64,000 nucleotides of DNA from Thermoproteota archaeon. Its GTDB lineage: Archaea; Thermoproteota; Thermoprotei; Thermofilales; B9-G17. Location: positions 1 through 64,000 of the forward strand of contig JAPDJW010000003.1 of the NCBI GenBank assembly GCA_029258885.1, in the 5' to 3' direction. Every line of letters begins with the position of its first letter. The stretch's first letter is position 1. Below, piece by piece: positions 54,289 through 64,000 of the stretch. A program made the translations under genes and the position numbers. The notes under the pieces were generated by a model. It searched no databases. It saw nothing but the letters and a program-made list of their open reading frames with translations, and was not told the origin of the DNA.

Positions 54289-55065
54289 ATGTATTCCCTT
54301 GAGGTTGAAAATCTGAGGGTTGCCTACAACTCCCACATAGCTTTAGAAGATGTCTCGTTCAAGTCTAAGCATCCATCAATTCTCACGATTATAGGTCCTA
54401 ATGGCGCTGGAAAATCTACGCTAGTTAAAGCTGCCCTAGGCCTAGTAGACTTCGAGGGAAAGATAAAGGTTCTCGGAATAGATGTTAAGAGCCATGCGAA
54501 TGAGGTTAGGAGAATATCTGGCTATGTGCCTCAGAAGGAACATATAGAATACAGTATACCCGTTAAGGTCAAAGACGTCGTTTTAATGGGCCTACTTGCT
54601 AAACGTGCACCACCTAGAGTAGTCACTAAGAGAGATATATTGAGGGCTAAGGAGGCCCTAAGGATGGTTAACGCCGAGAACCTATGGGATAGAAGATTCA
54701 CCGACCTCTCTGGTGGACAGCAACAGAGGGTTATGATAGCTAGAGCCCTTGTATCAAACCCTAAGATACTGTTCCTTGATGAGCCGTTCTCAGGAGTTGA
54801 CAGCACCACGCAGCTGACGCTAATAAGGTTCCTCTACGAGCTTAGGATAAAGCATGGGGTCTCAATAGTACTGGTGGTGCACGATGTGAACCATATTATG
54901 GAGTGCATAGATGAAATACTGATATTAAACAGGAGGCTTATAGCCCACGGACGCCCAGACGAAGTTATCAGCGAGGAGATACTCGAAAAGGCTTATGGAA
55001 AGGGTGTTAAGGTAATTAGACACGGTGGAATATGTTACCCAATAACGGGTGACTTCCATGCATGA
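54289..55065 (+). CDS. Metal ABC transporter ATP-binding protein (ZnuC-like)
   Basis: GPNGAGKST, GYVPQ, LSGGQQQR, LDEP, HD. Confidence 0.95.
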   Translation: MYSLEVENLRVAYNSHIALEDVSFKSKHPSILTIIGPNGAGKSTLVKAALGLVDFEGKIKVLGIDVKSHANEVRRISGYVPQKEHIEYSIPVKVKDVVLMGLLAKRAPPRVVTKRDILRAKEALRMVNAENLWDRRFTDLSGGQQQRVMIARALVSNPKILFLDEPFSGVDSTTQLTLIRFLYELRIKHGVSIVLVVHDVNHIMECIDEILILNRRLIAHGRPDEVISEEILEKAYGKGVKVIRHGGICYPITGDFHA

Positions 55066-55894
55066 ACTAGTACAGTATCTGCTACAGCCCTTCGTCATCA
55101 GAGCATTGATATCGGCAGTACTGACCAGTACGATTGCTGCAATGATAGGTTCGTTCATGGTATTTAGAGGACTATCATTTATGGCTTCAGGTGTAGCCCA
55201 CGCAGCACTGGGGGGAGCGGCACTTGGGCTATTCCTCCAAGTCATTGGGTTATCGTGGTTTGACCCGATCCTAGGGGCTCTACTATTTGGAGTGCTGGTG
55301 GCAGTAGTTACTGGCTACGTTGGCGAACGTGGAATAGCCAGTAAAATGGAGGTAGCGATAGGAGTAACCTTTGCATTCGCTATGAGTATAGCAGTACTCT
55401 TCATGACCGTATTACCTGCAGAACACCTACCGAGGATATGGGGTCTCCTAGTGGGAGATATACTCCTCCTAACTAATACTGATATACTTATCCTATTGGT
55501 TTCGTCGATCATTGTATCGCTTATAACCATGCTCTTCTTCAAGGAGTTTATCTATATATCGTTCGATATCGAGGGTGCCTCAGCTCACGGGATGAACGTA
55601 AGGCTATACAACTACCTACTCCTAATACTTATGGCTATATCAATAATTGTTGCAGTAAAATCCGTTGGAGCAATACTAGTCTACACAGTAATGGTAATAC
55701 CCGCTGCAGCGGCCAGTGAAATTGGAGAAAGTATACATAAAATCATAGTATTAATCTTCGTAATAGCTTTCCTATCACAGTTTATTGGAATAATAGCATC
55801 ATATTACTTAAGCACATCGCCAAGTGCAATAGCTGGCATAATATCTTCAACAATTTACATGATAGTTATCGTTAAAAGGAGGGTTAAGGGCTGA
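55049..55894 (+). CDS. Metal ABC transporter permease (ZnuB-like); probable start ATG 55058
   Basis: GVAHAALGG, LVGDIL, SFDIEGA..GM, VGAILV..VMVIPA. Confidence 0.93.
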   Translation: MTSMHELVQYLLQPFVIRALISAVLTSTIAAMIGSFMVFRGLSFMASGVAHAALGGAALGLFLQVIGLSWFDPILGALLFGVLVAVVTGYVGERGIASKMEVAIGVTFAFAMSIAVLFMTVLPAEHLPRIWGLLVGDILLLTNTDILILLVSSIIVSLITMLFFKEFIYISFDIEGASAHGMNVRLYNYLLLILMAISIIVAVKSVGAILVYTVMVIPAAAASEIGESIHKIIVLIFVIAFLSQFIGIIASYYLSTSPSAIAGIISSTIYMIVIVKRRVKG

Positions 55895-56175
55895 ATGTCT
55901 GCTCTTGAACATGAATTCGCAGCATGAACTCTTTTAACAAATGCTACTATTATCCAGAGCGAGATTTCATTCGAATCATTCAATAACCTATATTTACTCT
56001 TAAATACTTTTAACTTGTAAAGGTTATAGGAGATAGGTGAAAGTAATATTGCTGCATAATTATTTTTCTTTTCAATTATATTAATGATATTTAACTCGAT
56101 TAAGTATTTAAAACCCCTTTCTTTCAACTGGAAAAGTGTATATATGTGTATTAGCTAAATAATACGGGAGCTACT

Positions 56176-56691
56176 ATGGCCACCATACCCTTGGTAGATC
56201 TTTTTCTCAAGGAGATCTCTAAATTAGCTAAGATGTACGGAATGGACGTAAATGTTTATTCGCTCAATAGGGGCTTTGGCCTAGATTTAGATGAGAAGTA
56301 TGAAGCAGTAAAACTGTTTGAATTATTAAATATTCTGACTATTAAGGATGCATCTGTTAAGCTTACGGACGTGGGGGAGAAGTTGGTAGTTAAGTGTATA
56401 AGGATAGCTAACCACGTAATTACAAACCACCTCGATTTCAAGGATGATAGAGGCAGGGTTTTAGGTAAGGTTCTCTATATCTGTTCAAGAATGATGCCAA
56501 GCTGGAGAAATATAGACGATGCACTAAACTATCTAGATACTGTGCTTGAGAAGCTGGAAGAGCTGAGGGAGAAAAACTACGATAAATATCTAGCTATACT
56601 TGGAGTCATAGGGTATTACAATAAATATGCACACGAGGATATTTTAACGGAAATATTAAAAATAGAGGAGATTCAGGCTGAGATTACCTGA
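56176..56691 (+). CDS. Hypothetical protein
   Basis: 171-aa ORF preceded by an SD-like GGGAG; no family recognised. Confidence 0.6.
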   Translation: MATIPLVDLFLKEISKLAKMYGMDVNVYSLNRGFGLDLDEKYEAVKLFELLNILTIKDASVKLTDVGEKLVVKCIRIANHVITNHLDFKDDRGRVLGKVLYICSRMMPSWRNIDDALNYLDTVLEKLEELREKNYDKYLAILGVIGYYNKYAHEDILTEILKIEEIQAEIT

Positions 56692-58007
56692 TCCCTTATA
56701 AGCATTGATCCAGTTACTAGGTTGCCTATTTTTTCTCTATCCCTGCCTAATGCTACGATCTTAGCTAGTAGATCTAGGATGTTACCCCCAAGCATAGCCT
56801 GCCTAACTGAATACTTAATCTCCCCGTTTTCAACGTAGTAGCCTTCTCCTACGGCTACACTAAATTCCCCCGTAATGATATTTGCTGTATGTGCGCCTAT
56901 AATCCACCTAATAATCAACCCCCTATCAACTTCAGATATTAAGTCTTCATAGCTCTTCTCATATGTAGAGTTAATTATGAGGTTTGATGGACTTATGCTC
57001 GGCTCCGAGCTGTAGCCTCGTGACGCGTGTCCTGTACTTTCAATTCCTTCGCGCTGGGCACGATAGGTATCATAGAGGTACGATTTAAGGATTCCATTCT
57101 CTACAACGGTAAGTCTTCTGGAGGCCACTCCCTCGGCATCAAAGGGCCTAGAGTTTATTCCTTCAGGCATAAGTGGGTCATCAATTATATTCAGTCCTCT
57201 AAACGCTATCTCTTTCTCAAGCTTATTGACTAGGAAGGATCTCTTCTCCTGAACGTTATCTGCTGTTACAGCACTATTAAAAGTATTTGAGAACAGTAGC
57301 ATTACAGCTATTGGGTTGAGGACAACCCACATTCGCCCTCCAGTAATTCTCTTAGAATTCAGTTGATCAATTGACCGTTTCACAGCCTTCCTACAGAGAG
57401 AATCGAAGTCTATCTTCCTAACGTCTCTCTCGTGTTTTAGTTCGAAGCCGGATGCACTTAATCCCTTATCCTTAGATACTATGAATACTGATGCTGAGGC
57501 GCTAGCAGATCTATAGTTAAACTCCATGCCAAGGGAATTAGCTATATAGACTTCACCAGCACTTAAAGATATATTTCCAGCCACAGACTTGACCCTAGGA
57601 TCCTCTTCGAGGGCTTTCTCAACCATATTTCGGGCAACCTTGATGGCTTCATCCAGCTCGAACTCCACTGTTGAGTTGAAGTATATTCCCTCAACTCTAG
57701 GTATAGGCTTAGGCTCGGGGAAGCTCTTGAAGTAGGGATCAGGGCCCCTAATCTTAGCTACAGATATAGCCTTCTTAACGGTATAATCTATGCTCTCCTC
57801 GCTTAAATTCTCAGTATAAGCGAAGCCTATTCCTCCGCTGTAGATCAGCCTAATACCTATGCCTCGCGACATGCGCTCCCTGACAGTCTTTATATCGTTG
57901 CCTTCAATCTCAACTATACGGTTTAGAGAGCTGGATCCATAGGCTTCAACTTGGCTGGCGCCGTACTTCAATCCCAGCTTAATAGCCTTATTTAATACAT
58001 CCATCAT
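56673..58007 (-). CDS. pmbA: PmbA/TldE metalloprotease subunit
   Basis: GIGIRL, IIDDP, SRPFDAEG, LKSYLYD, STGHA, GEFS; lacks HExxxH. Confidence 0.9.
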   Translation of the reverse strand: MMDVLNKAIKLGLKYGASQVEAYGSSSLNRIVEIEGNDIKTVRERMSRGIGIRLIYSGGIGFAYTENLSEESIDYTVKKAISVAKIRGPDPYFKSFPEPKPIPRVEGIYFNSTVEFELDEAIKVARNMVEKALEEDPRVKSVAGNISLSAGEVYIANSLGMEFNYRSASASASVFIVSKDKGLSASGFELKHERDVRKIDFDSLCRKAVKRSIDQLNSKRITGGRMWVVLNPIAVMLLFSNTFNSAVTADNVQEKRSFLVNKLEKEIAFRGLNIIDDPLMPEGINSRPFDAEGVASRRLTVVENGILKSYLYDTYRAQREGIESTGHASRGYSSEPSISPSNLIINSTYEKSYEDLISEVDRGLIIRWIIGAHTANIITGEFSVAVGEGYYVENGEIKYSVRQAMLGGNILDLLAKIVALGRDREKIGNLVTGSMLIRDQVISA

Positions 58008-59395
58008 CTTCTACCACCCACTACGGCATTAACTATCCTAACATGGGGACCTCCCGTTCCCGCGGGGACGCCTTGCCCTCCCTTACCACATGTACCTGAC
58101 CTAAGCTTAAAGTCCTTTCCTACAGCATCTATATTTTTAAGCGTCTCTAGAGTCAATCCTGAAAGCGATACATCGAGTAAAGGTTTAGTTATCTCCCCAT
58201 TCTCTATCAAATACGCCTCCTTAGCATTAAACTGGAACGTGCCTTTAGCCGTATCCACCTGCCCTCCCCTACTGCCCAGCAGGTATACGCCATACTTTAT
58301 TTCGGATACCATTTCCTCAAAGCTCCAGTCCCCAGGAGCCATGTACGTATTGCTCATCCTAACTATAGGTGGATGCATGTAGTCCTGAGCTCTAGCTCCT
58401 CCATTAGGCTTCATTCCAAGCTTAAACGCTGTATACCTATCATTGATGTAGCCGACCAATATTCCTTCGTCGATCAATAGCCTCTTCTCCGTAGGCACAC
58501 CCTCATCATCATATTTAAGCGACCCCCAGCCATTAGGATAGGTTGAATCATCGTAGATAGTAACTAGTTCGGAGCCTATCCTCTCCCCAAGCATATTAGT
58601 TAAAATAGATTCCTTAGCTACGATTCCATCCCCCTCACAGGCGTGTCCTACGGCTTCATGTGTAAACACGCCGGTCAAATCCGGGTCGGCTATAACCGTA
58701 AACCTTCCAGACGGTGCAGGCTCAGCCTTAAGCATCTTTACGGCTTTCTCAGAAATCCTTTTAGCCCAGCCTTCCAAATCAAATTTCCTATATGCCTCGT
58801 ATCCAGAGACGAAGCTTTCTCCATCCATATGGGAGCTTATACGTCCTGCCTCAAACGCCGTAACTATAAGAAATATCCTAGTCCTAGGGGTAACGTATCT
58901 TATAAGTGTGCCCTCGCTAGTGGCAATAATCTTCTCCCTATATTCGTCGAGCAGCCTAACTGTTGAGTTAACTATCCTTGAATCAAATGCTCTAGCAAAC
59001 TTGCTGACCTCAAGCGCTATATTCTTCTTAAAGTCAAGATCCACCACATGAGGCTTTTCAGTAGATGGAACAACCAAATCATCCCTTACACACTTAACTT
59101 CCGCTAACTGTATCTTCTCCCTCTTAAATAGCGACGACAATTTAGCGGATTTTACACACGACCTAGCAAGCCTATCTAAGAGATCCTTATCTAGGGAGCT
59201 TGCTGATACGAAGGAGTATGCACCATCAGCGAGAACCCTTAAACCCATGCCCCTCCTAACGCCTACATTAACTCTTTCAATTCTATCGTTCGTAACCACT
59301 ATCTGAGTAGTATATATTTGCTCAATCCTCACGTCGGCATAGCTAGCGCCGTAACTAATAGCTCTATCTAGAATATACTCAACTAAATCATTCAT
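58004..59395 (-). CDS. tldD: TldD metalloprotease subunit
   Basis: FTHEAVGHACEGD, GSLKYDDEG, GGARAQ, VRMSNT, CGKGGQ.VP.G.GGP. Confidence 0.93.
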   Translation of the reverse strand: MNDLVEYILDRAISYGASYADVRIEQIYTTQIVVTNDRIERVNVGVRRGMGLRVLADGAYSFVSASSLDKDLLDRLARSCVKSAKLSSLFKREKIQLAEVKCVRDDLVVPSTEKPHVVDLDFKKNIALEVSKFARAFDSRIVNSTVRLLDEYREKIIATSEGTLIRYVTPRTRIFLIVTAFEAGRISSHMDGESFVSGYEAYRKFDLEGWAKRISEKAVKMLKAEPAPSGRFTVIADPDLTGVFTHEAVGHACEGDGIVAKESILTNMLGERIGSELVTIYDDSTYPNGWGSLKYDDEGVPTEKRLLIDEGILVGYINDRYTAFKLGMKPNGGARAQDYMHPPIVRMSNTYMAPGDWSFEEMVSEIKYGVYLLGSRGGQVDTAKGTFQFNAKEAYLIENGEITKPLLDVSLSGLTLETLKNIDAVGKDFKLRSGTCGKGGQGVPAGTGGPHVRIVNAVVGGRR

Positions 59396-59474
59396 AATTA
59401 TCCGAAAAAGCCTTTAGATATAAAAGTTCTGCTATCTTGCAATCCCCTTTATCCTATCAACTGACCTTTTGAAC

Positions 59475-59777
59475 CTAAATTAATCCAAGCTTCTTTTTAG
59501 CTTTCTCAGACATTCTATCTGGAGTCCAGGGCGGATCCCATACAAGCTCTACTTTAACATCACTAACATCCTTAATACTTCTAATCTTAGCCTCAACAAG
59601 CCTTACTAAATAGAAGCTCATCGGACATCCGGGCGTAGTTAAAGTCATCTTAACGTACACATTCTTCTCGTTCTCAACCTTAACATCGTATATAAAACCT
59701 AGGTCAACAATACTTAAGCCAAGCTCCGGATCATAAACCTCTCTAAGCTTATCCCAAACCTCTTCCTTAGTAACCAT
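59475..59777 (-). CDS. DUF59/SufT (MIP18-family) metal-sulfur cluster assembly factor
   Basis: VYDPELGLSIVDLG, MTLTTPGCP, VWDPPWTP.RMS. Confidence 0.95.
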   Translation of the reverse strand: MVTKEEVWDKLREVYDPELGLSIVDLGFIYDVKVENEKNVYVKMTLTTPGCPMSFYLVRLVEAKIRSIKDVSDVKVELVWDPPWTPDRMSEKAKKKLGLI

Positions 59778-60219
59778 TTAAAACACCGCTATACTTTTCA
59801 AGTATACTTAGAGGAACTCGTATTTTAAGATATCCATGATAATCAAGACTGTAAGCATGGGCGTTGATAAAGCTTTAGTTTTCCCGCTATGCCTACGAGG
59901 CCGCTTTAGTTAGCGAATAATCTATAAATTATGAATATGCAGCTAAATATGGTGATGTGATACCATAGTGAGGTCTAAGGTAGGGGGCAAGGTTTTACTT
60001 CTAAAAGTCCCCTCTTCACAGCTACGGAAACATAGAGGCAACCGTAACGACGCCCTGTAATCTAAAGGCCAACTGGACGTGGAACTGCAACATTAAAGAG
60101 GATAAATGCGGGCTTAAGGTGTTATTGAGGGCTAAAACTCCAGGAGTAATTGAGCTAGCGAAAATATAGAATTTAAACTTCTAAAATATTTATAAACCAT
60201 TAGAAGTCTTATTTCTAAT

Positions 60220-61428
60220 ATGGAGGATTTAATAGCTAAACATAATCCATGGTGGATTGGACGTGAGGATATTACTGTTAAGCGTTGGAGAAATACTAGG
60301 ATAAGGTGGATCCCCGGATGGATAGATAAGGTAAGCCTCAAGCCTTTCTCCCTAAACTTCATCGTAGGGCCCAGGCAGATAGGCAAAACCACCGGAGTAA
60401 AACTGTTGATACATAGGATGCTGAAGAGCCGTTCCCCAGAGTCAATCTTCTACTTCAACTGCGACTTCCTCCCCGATATAGAATCCCTTAGAAAAGTACT
60501 CGATACATACCTTAAGTTCAGAGAGGCTCGCGGCATAAAGACGAGCTACATATTCCTAGATGAAATAACGAGCGTCCCAGAGTGGTGGAGAGTTATAAAG
60601 GGCTATATAGACCTAGGAGTATTTGAAGCAGACGTACTGACGATAACAGGATCTTCCTCAATTAGGCCTAAGGGAGAGACGGAGCTTTTCCCCGGGAGAA
60701 GAGGATTCGGACAAGACATAATTGTACATCCATTATCGTTTAGAGAATTCCTAGAAATACATGGATTAAAGCTCGAGATCACTGGAGACTTAAATAGAGA
60801 TATGGCTACAGCACTAAAATACTCTAGTGAAATTAAGGATATGTTTCCAAGATACTTGGGGAAGGGCGGTTTTCCACTATCAATAAACGACGACCCGACG
60901 GCAGAGGAACAGTTTATGGCTGGGTTTGAGGGCGAGATATTAAAGGCTAAACGAAGCCTAGAGATAGTAAAAGGGATAGTTTCATGCATACTACGTAAAG
61001 CCCCATCGCCTCTCTCGTTCTTAACCATAGGGAGGGAGATAGGCGTATCATACAAAACCGTACAGGACTATATAGGTGTCCTGAGAAACCTATTCGTACT
61101 AGAGGTAGCCCTATACAGGGAGAGCGGGAGAATAATATGGAGAAAAGAGAGAAAGTTCTTCTTCACAGACCCCTTCATAGCACAAACCCTCTCACACTGG
61201 ACAATCACCGAATACCTTAAGGGGGCACTATACGAGTGGATAGTCCAATCCCACCTGCTAAGGCGGTATGGATCAGTATACTACTTCAGAAACAGGTATG
61301 AGGTAGACTGTATAGCCGACAATCTAAAAATAGAGGTAAAAGCAGGCAAGCCGCACAGAAAATACCCCAGAAACACCCTAATACTCGACGAGGAGAAGCT
61401 GCCCGTATTCCTCAGCATAATAGTTTAA
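60220..61428 (+). CDS. Archaeal AAA+ ATPase (AAA_14 + DUF4143, COG1373-like)
   Basis: HNPWW, GPRQIGKTT, FLDEIT, TGSS, PLSFREF, GGFP, FFTDP, EVD...IEVK. Confidence 0.9.
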   Translation: MEDLIAKHNPWWIGREDITVKRWRNTRIRWIPGWIDKVSLKPFSLNFIVGPRQIGKTTGVKLLIHRMLKSRSPESIFYFNCDFLPDIESLRKVLDTYLKFREARGIKTSYIFLDEITSVPEWWRVIKGYIDLGVFEADVLTITGSSSIRPKGETELFPGRRGFGQDIIVHPLSFREFLEIHGLKLEITGDLNRDMATALKYSSEIKDMFPRYLGKGGFPLSINDDPTAEEQFMAGFEGEILKAKRSLEIVKGIVSCILRKAPSPLSFLTIGREIGVSYKTVQDYIGVLRNLFVLEVALYRESGRIIWRKERKFFFTDPFIAQTLSHWTITEYLKGALYEWIVQSHLLRRYGSVYYFRNRYEVDCIADNLKIEVKAGKPHRKYPRNTLILDEEKLPVFLSIIV

Positions 61429-61453
61429 TTCCAGCAAACAATTATATCAGATA

Positions 61454-62209
61454 GTGGTCGAAATGAGCCCTAAAATACTATTCTTCATACTAGCATCAAT
61501 AGCCGTAATCCTAGGAATAATGCTATACAGAATCCTCACTCCAGCTCAAGAGGAATATAAGGAGAAGAGGGTCTGCATATACGCTGGCGAGGGGGCAGTA
61601 TTAGCTGGAGACGTAGAGAAGGCTTTAAAGAAGCTCGGCATACCGTACTATAAGGTAGATGAAAACTTCATTAAAAGCGGGAAACTACTAAACTACTGTA
61701 CAGTCCTAATAGTACCAGGTGGATACACTGCGAAATACGTATCAGCGCTAGGAAAAGACGGATTCGAGAAGATAAGGGAGTTTATAGCTAAGGGAGGAGG
61801 ATACATAGGAATATGCGCAGGAGCATACATCGCAGCAAAAACAGTAGAAGTACAGGGACGCCCCGAAGGACTAGGAATAATAAACATAACAAACATTAGA
61901 GTAAGCGGACACGGCCTAGTAAACATAACAATAGTAAACCCAGACTATCCAATAGCAAAAAACCTTCCAGCAAAAATCGAAATATGGTACCAGAACGGCC
62001 CCCACATGAAACCAGGCGAAGGTGTCGAGGTAATAGCAGTATACGACGATGGAACAGCAGCAATAGTAGCAGCAAAATATGGCAATGGAACAGTAATAAT
62101 ATTCAGTCCACATCCAGAGGGGAGCACCTGGGGAAATATAGACCCAGAGAAGGTAGGAACACTAAAACTGCTCGAAAACGCCATAAACTATACGTTAAAT
62201 AGATGTTAA
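61454..62209 (+). CDS. Membrane-anchored BPL_N / class-I glutamine-amidotransferase-like protein
   Basis: N-terminal TM; VPGG, YIGICAGAY, NGP, SPHPE (Cys-His-Glu). Confidence 0.8.
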   Translation: MVEMSPKILFFILASIAVILGIMLYRILTPAQEEYKEKRVCIYAGEGAVLAGDVEKALKKLGIPYYKVDENFIKSGKLLNYCTVLIVPGGYTAKYVSALGKDGFEKIREFIAKGGGYIGICAGAYIAAKTVEVQGRPEGLGIINITNIRVSGHGLVNITIVNPDYPIAKNLPAKIEIWYQNGPHMKPGEGVEVIAVYDDGTAAIVAAKYGNGTVIIFSPHPEGSTWGNIDPEKVGTLKLLENAINYTLNRC

Positions 62210-62296
62210 ATCATATCATGAATAAAGTATCCAATTTAATTTATTCTATGTTGCTATATTTTATTGAGAAGATGTCGGGTTAACTAGAGTATTTAC

Positions 62297-63472
62297 TTAT
62301 GGGCTTAAGCGAACGTATTTCATGATTTTTCTCGATTTCTGGTATCCAACTATCTTCTCCAGATCCCTAAAGTCCCTTATCTTATGTCCCTCATTAACTG
62401 CATTAAGTATCTTCCTAGCCGTCCTTGGTCCTACCCCAGGCATCCTTATCAAATCCCAATAACTAGCATTATTCAAGTCTATCGGATATAGATACCTATG
62501 TTGTTCAGCATATACTTTCTTCAGGTTTCCTTTGGGTAGCATTCCGTTTTTTGTTAGGTCTAATAGCTCATCCAATCTAAAGCCGTAGTATTTCATTAGG
62601 TAGAATGCTTGATATAGCGTGTAGTCTCTGCCTTCTACACATGGTAGCTTATTTTCCAGTGGTGTGTTGTGTATCGGCGTGAAGGGGCTGTAGTATACTC
62701 TCCTTAATCCATACTCCGTTATTAGTTTGTGGGTTGTTTCGAGGACTTCGACGTCTGTTTCGCCTAATCCGATTATCATTTGCGTTATTACGCCTGATCT
62801 GAGGTATCCATATCCTGACTCCATCCTTTTTTCCGCTAGGTCTCTGTATGCCCTATAGCAGTACTCTAGTCTCTTTAGGATATCGTTTCTATAGCTTCCT
62901 TTATCGGGGCATATGCTATAGAATATGCCCGCTACCGGCGATTCAATGTTTACGCCTATTCTGTCGGCGACTTCAGCAGCCCTATATATTAGATGCCTGC
63001 TTGTGCCAGGCATCATCCTTAAATGTATATATCCCCTGTAGCCGCGTCTCCTAAGCTCCTCGGCCACTAATATTTCCTCCTCTGTTACTTTATCTGGGTC
63101 GCCGTCGACGGATGATGATAGGAATACTCCTCTCACGTACCTCTTTTTGACTAGGTAGAGCGCTACCTTAATCAGCTTCTCGGGATCCCATCTGCATCTC
63201 TCTATGCTTCTATCTCTTCTGAACATGCAGTATAGGCAGTCGTTACTGCATCTATTGGAAAGCAGCGTTTTAAATAGTGGTATGCATCTACTCCTGCCTG
63301 CCGCTTCGAATATGGGTACTATAGTTCTATCCCATTTTGCGCCTAGTACTAGGTGTCTCCACTTGCTCCCTATCATCTCTATATAAGCGGTTAATGAGCT
63401 ACTTTTAAAGGTATTTCCTAGAGTTTGGGGAAAGTATTCTTTGGAAACTCTAATATAGCTATCATCTACCAT
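62297..63472 (-). CDS. Putative DNA modification/repair radical SAM protein with C-terminal HhH
   Basis: LLSNRCSNDCLYC, GVFLSS, GYIHL, TQMIIG, RRVYYSPF, LYQAFYL, LIRMPGVGPRTARKI. Confidence 0.85.
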   Translation of the reverse strand: MVDDSYIRVSKEYFPQTLGNTFKSSSLTAYIEMIGSKWRHLVLGAKWDRTIVPIFEAAGRSRCIPLFKTLLSNRCSNDCLYCMFRRDRSIERCRWDPEKLIKVALYLVKKRYVRGVFLSSSVDGDPDKVTEEEILVAEELRRRGYRGYIHLRMMPGTSRHLIYRAAEVADRIGVNIESPVAGIFYSICPDKGSYRNDILKRLEYCYRAYRDLAEKRMESGYGYLRSGVITQMIIGLGETDVEVLETTHKLITEYGLRRVYYSPFTPIHNTPLENKLPCVEGRDYTLYQAFYLMKYYGFRLDELLDLTKNGMLPKGNLKKVYAEQHRYLYPIDLNNASYWDLIRMPGVGPRTARKILNAVNEGHKIRDFRDLEKIVGYQKSRKIMKYVRLSP

Positions 63473-63493
63473 ATCTATTGAACGGTGTACCCG

Positions 63494-64000
63494 ATGATTT
63501 CAATAGTTATACCGACTTATAATGAGAGAGAGAATCTGGAGGAGCTTTTCAAGCGAGTAGATCATGCAATGAGGGGGTTGGATTATGAGATAATTATTGT
63601 GGATGATGATTCACCTGATGGCACGTGGATGAAGGCGAAGGAACTAAGCAGAATGTATCCCGTCAAAGTTATCAGGAGAGTTAATGAACGTGGATTAGCC
63701 TCGGCGGTATTAAGAGGTTTTAGGGAGGCCTCCGGAGATATCATTGTAGTTATGGATGCAGATCTTCAGCATCCCCCTGAAGTAATCCCTAATCTCGTTA
63801 GGAAAGCTTATGAGGGATATGATCTAGTGGTTGCGTCAAGATACATTAAGGGTGGGGGAATGGAGGACTGGCCAATATATAGGAGGCTTGTGTCGAAGGG
63901 AGCTATATTTTTAGCTAGAGTTATTCTGCCTGAGGCTAGGAGAGTTAGAGACTGTGTCTCCGGCTTTTTCCTAGTTAAACGTAGTATAGTCGAGGGCGTA
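63494..64000 (+). CDS. dpm1: Polyprenol/dolichol monophosphomannose synthase (GT2), runs off the right edge
   Basis: My translation: MISIVIPTYNERENL...IVDDDSPDGT...RGLASAV..GF...MDADLQHPPE...ASRY; no stop in the window. Confidence 0.9.
   Translation, partial: MISIVIPTYNERENLEELFKRVDHAMRGLDYEIIIVDDDSPDGTWMKAKELSRMYPVKVIRRVNERGLASAVLRGFREASGDIIVVMDADLQHPPEVIPNLVRKAYEGYDLVVASRYIKGGGMEDWPIYRRLVSKGAIFLARVILPEARRVRDCVSGFFLVKRSIVEGV

Noticed and set aside
55855-56127. 90-aa minus-strand ORF
   Set aside because: AT-rich, Asn/Ile-biased, overlaps the permease 3' end and a promoter region; likely spurious.
59960-60176. Open frame ...HSYGNIEATVTTPCNLKANWTWNCNIKEDKCGLKVLLRAKTPGVIELAKYRI*
   Set aside because: Protein-like but has no in-frame start and no identifiable family; may be a gene remnant, too weak to call.
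1-64000. Provirus, integrative element or IS
   Set aside because: No integrase, transposase, terminal inverted repeats with target duplication, or viral structural genes recognised.

Overview
Chromosomal, gene-dense 64 kb window from an archaeon, probably a (hyper)thermophile of TACK-like character. This is inferred from GAGGTGA Shine-Dalgarno sites, TTTA/TATA promoters, AGG/AGA/ATA codon usage, archease, geranylgeranyl reductase, a DGGGP-synthase-like remnant and many VapBC cassettes. I found no rRNA, tRNA, CRISPR array, integrase or transposase. The content is a patchwork of housekeeping and accessory genes: a DtxR-controlled feoAB locus, a Zn/Mn ABC operon with its own DtxR/TroR-type regulator, NikR, TldD/PmbA, a SufT-like protein, NfeD-stomatin, an M1 aminopeptidase, a KaiC-like ATPase, SfsA, glycosyltransferases, seven toxin-antitoxin-like pairs and several decaying genes. 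The most notable observations are: (i) a threonine-synthase-fold protein that has lost its PLP Schiff-base lysine, is fused to a winged-helix domain, and is divergent from a PdxU/HmpT-like ECF S-component across a perfect palindrome, making it a candidate archaeal vitamin-B6-sensing regulator; (ii) an unannotated H/ACA guide RNA whose pocket matches the 16S rRNA 790 loop; (iii) a TtuA/Ncs6 paralogue lacking the PP-loop, resembling eukaryotic Ctu2; (iv) a 24-codon Pro-rich micro-ORF facing a tandem-Lrp regulator; (v) an RHH/DUF5678 plus retropepsin-like protease pair. All family assignments come from motif recognition by eye; no database search was run.
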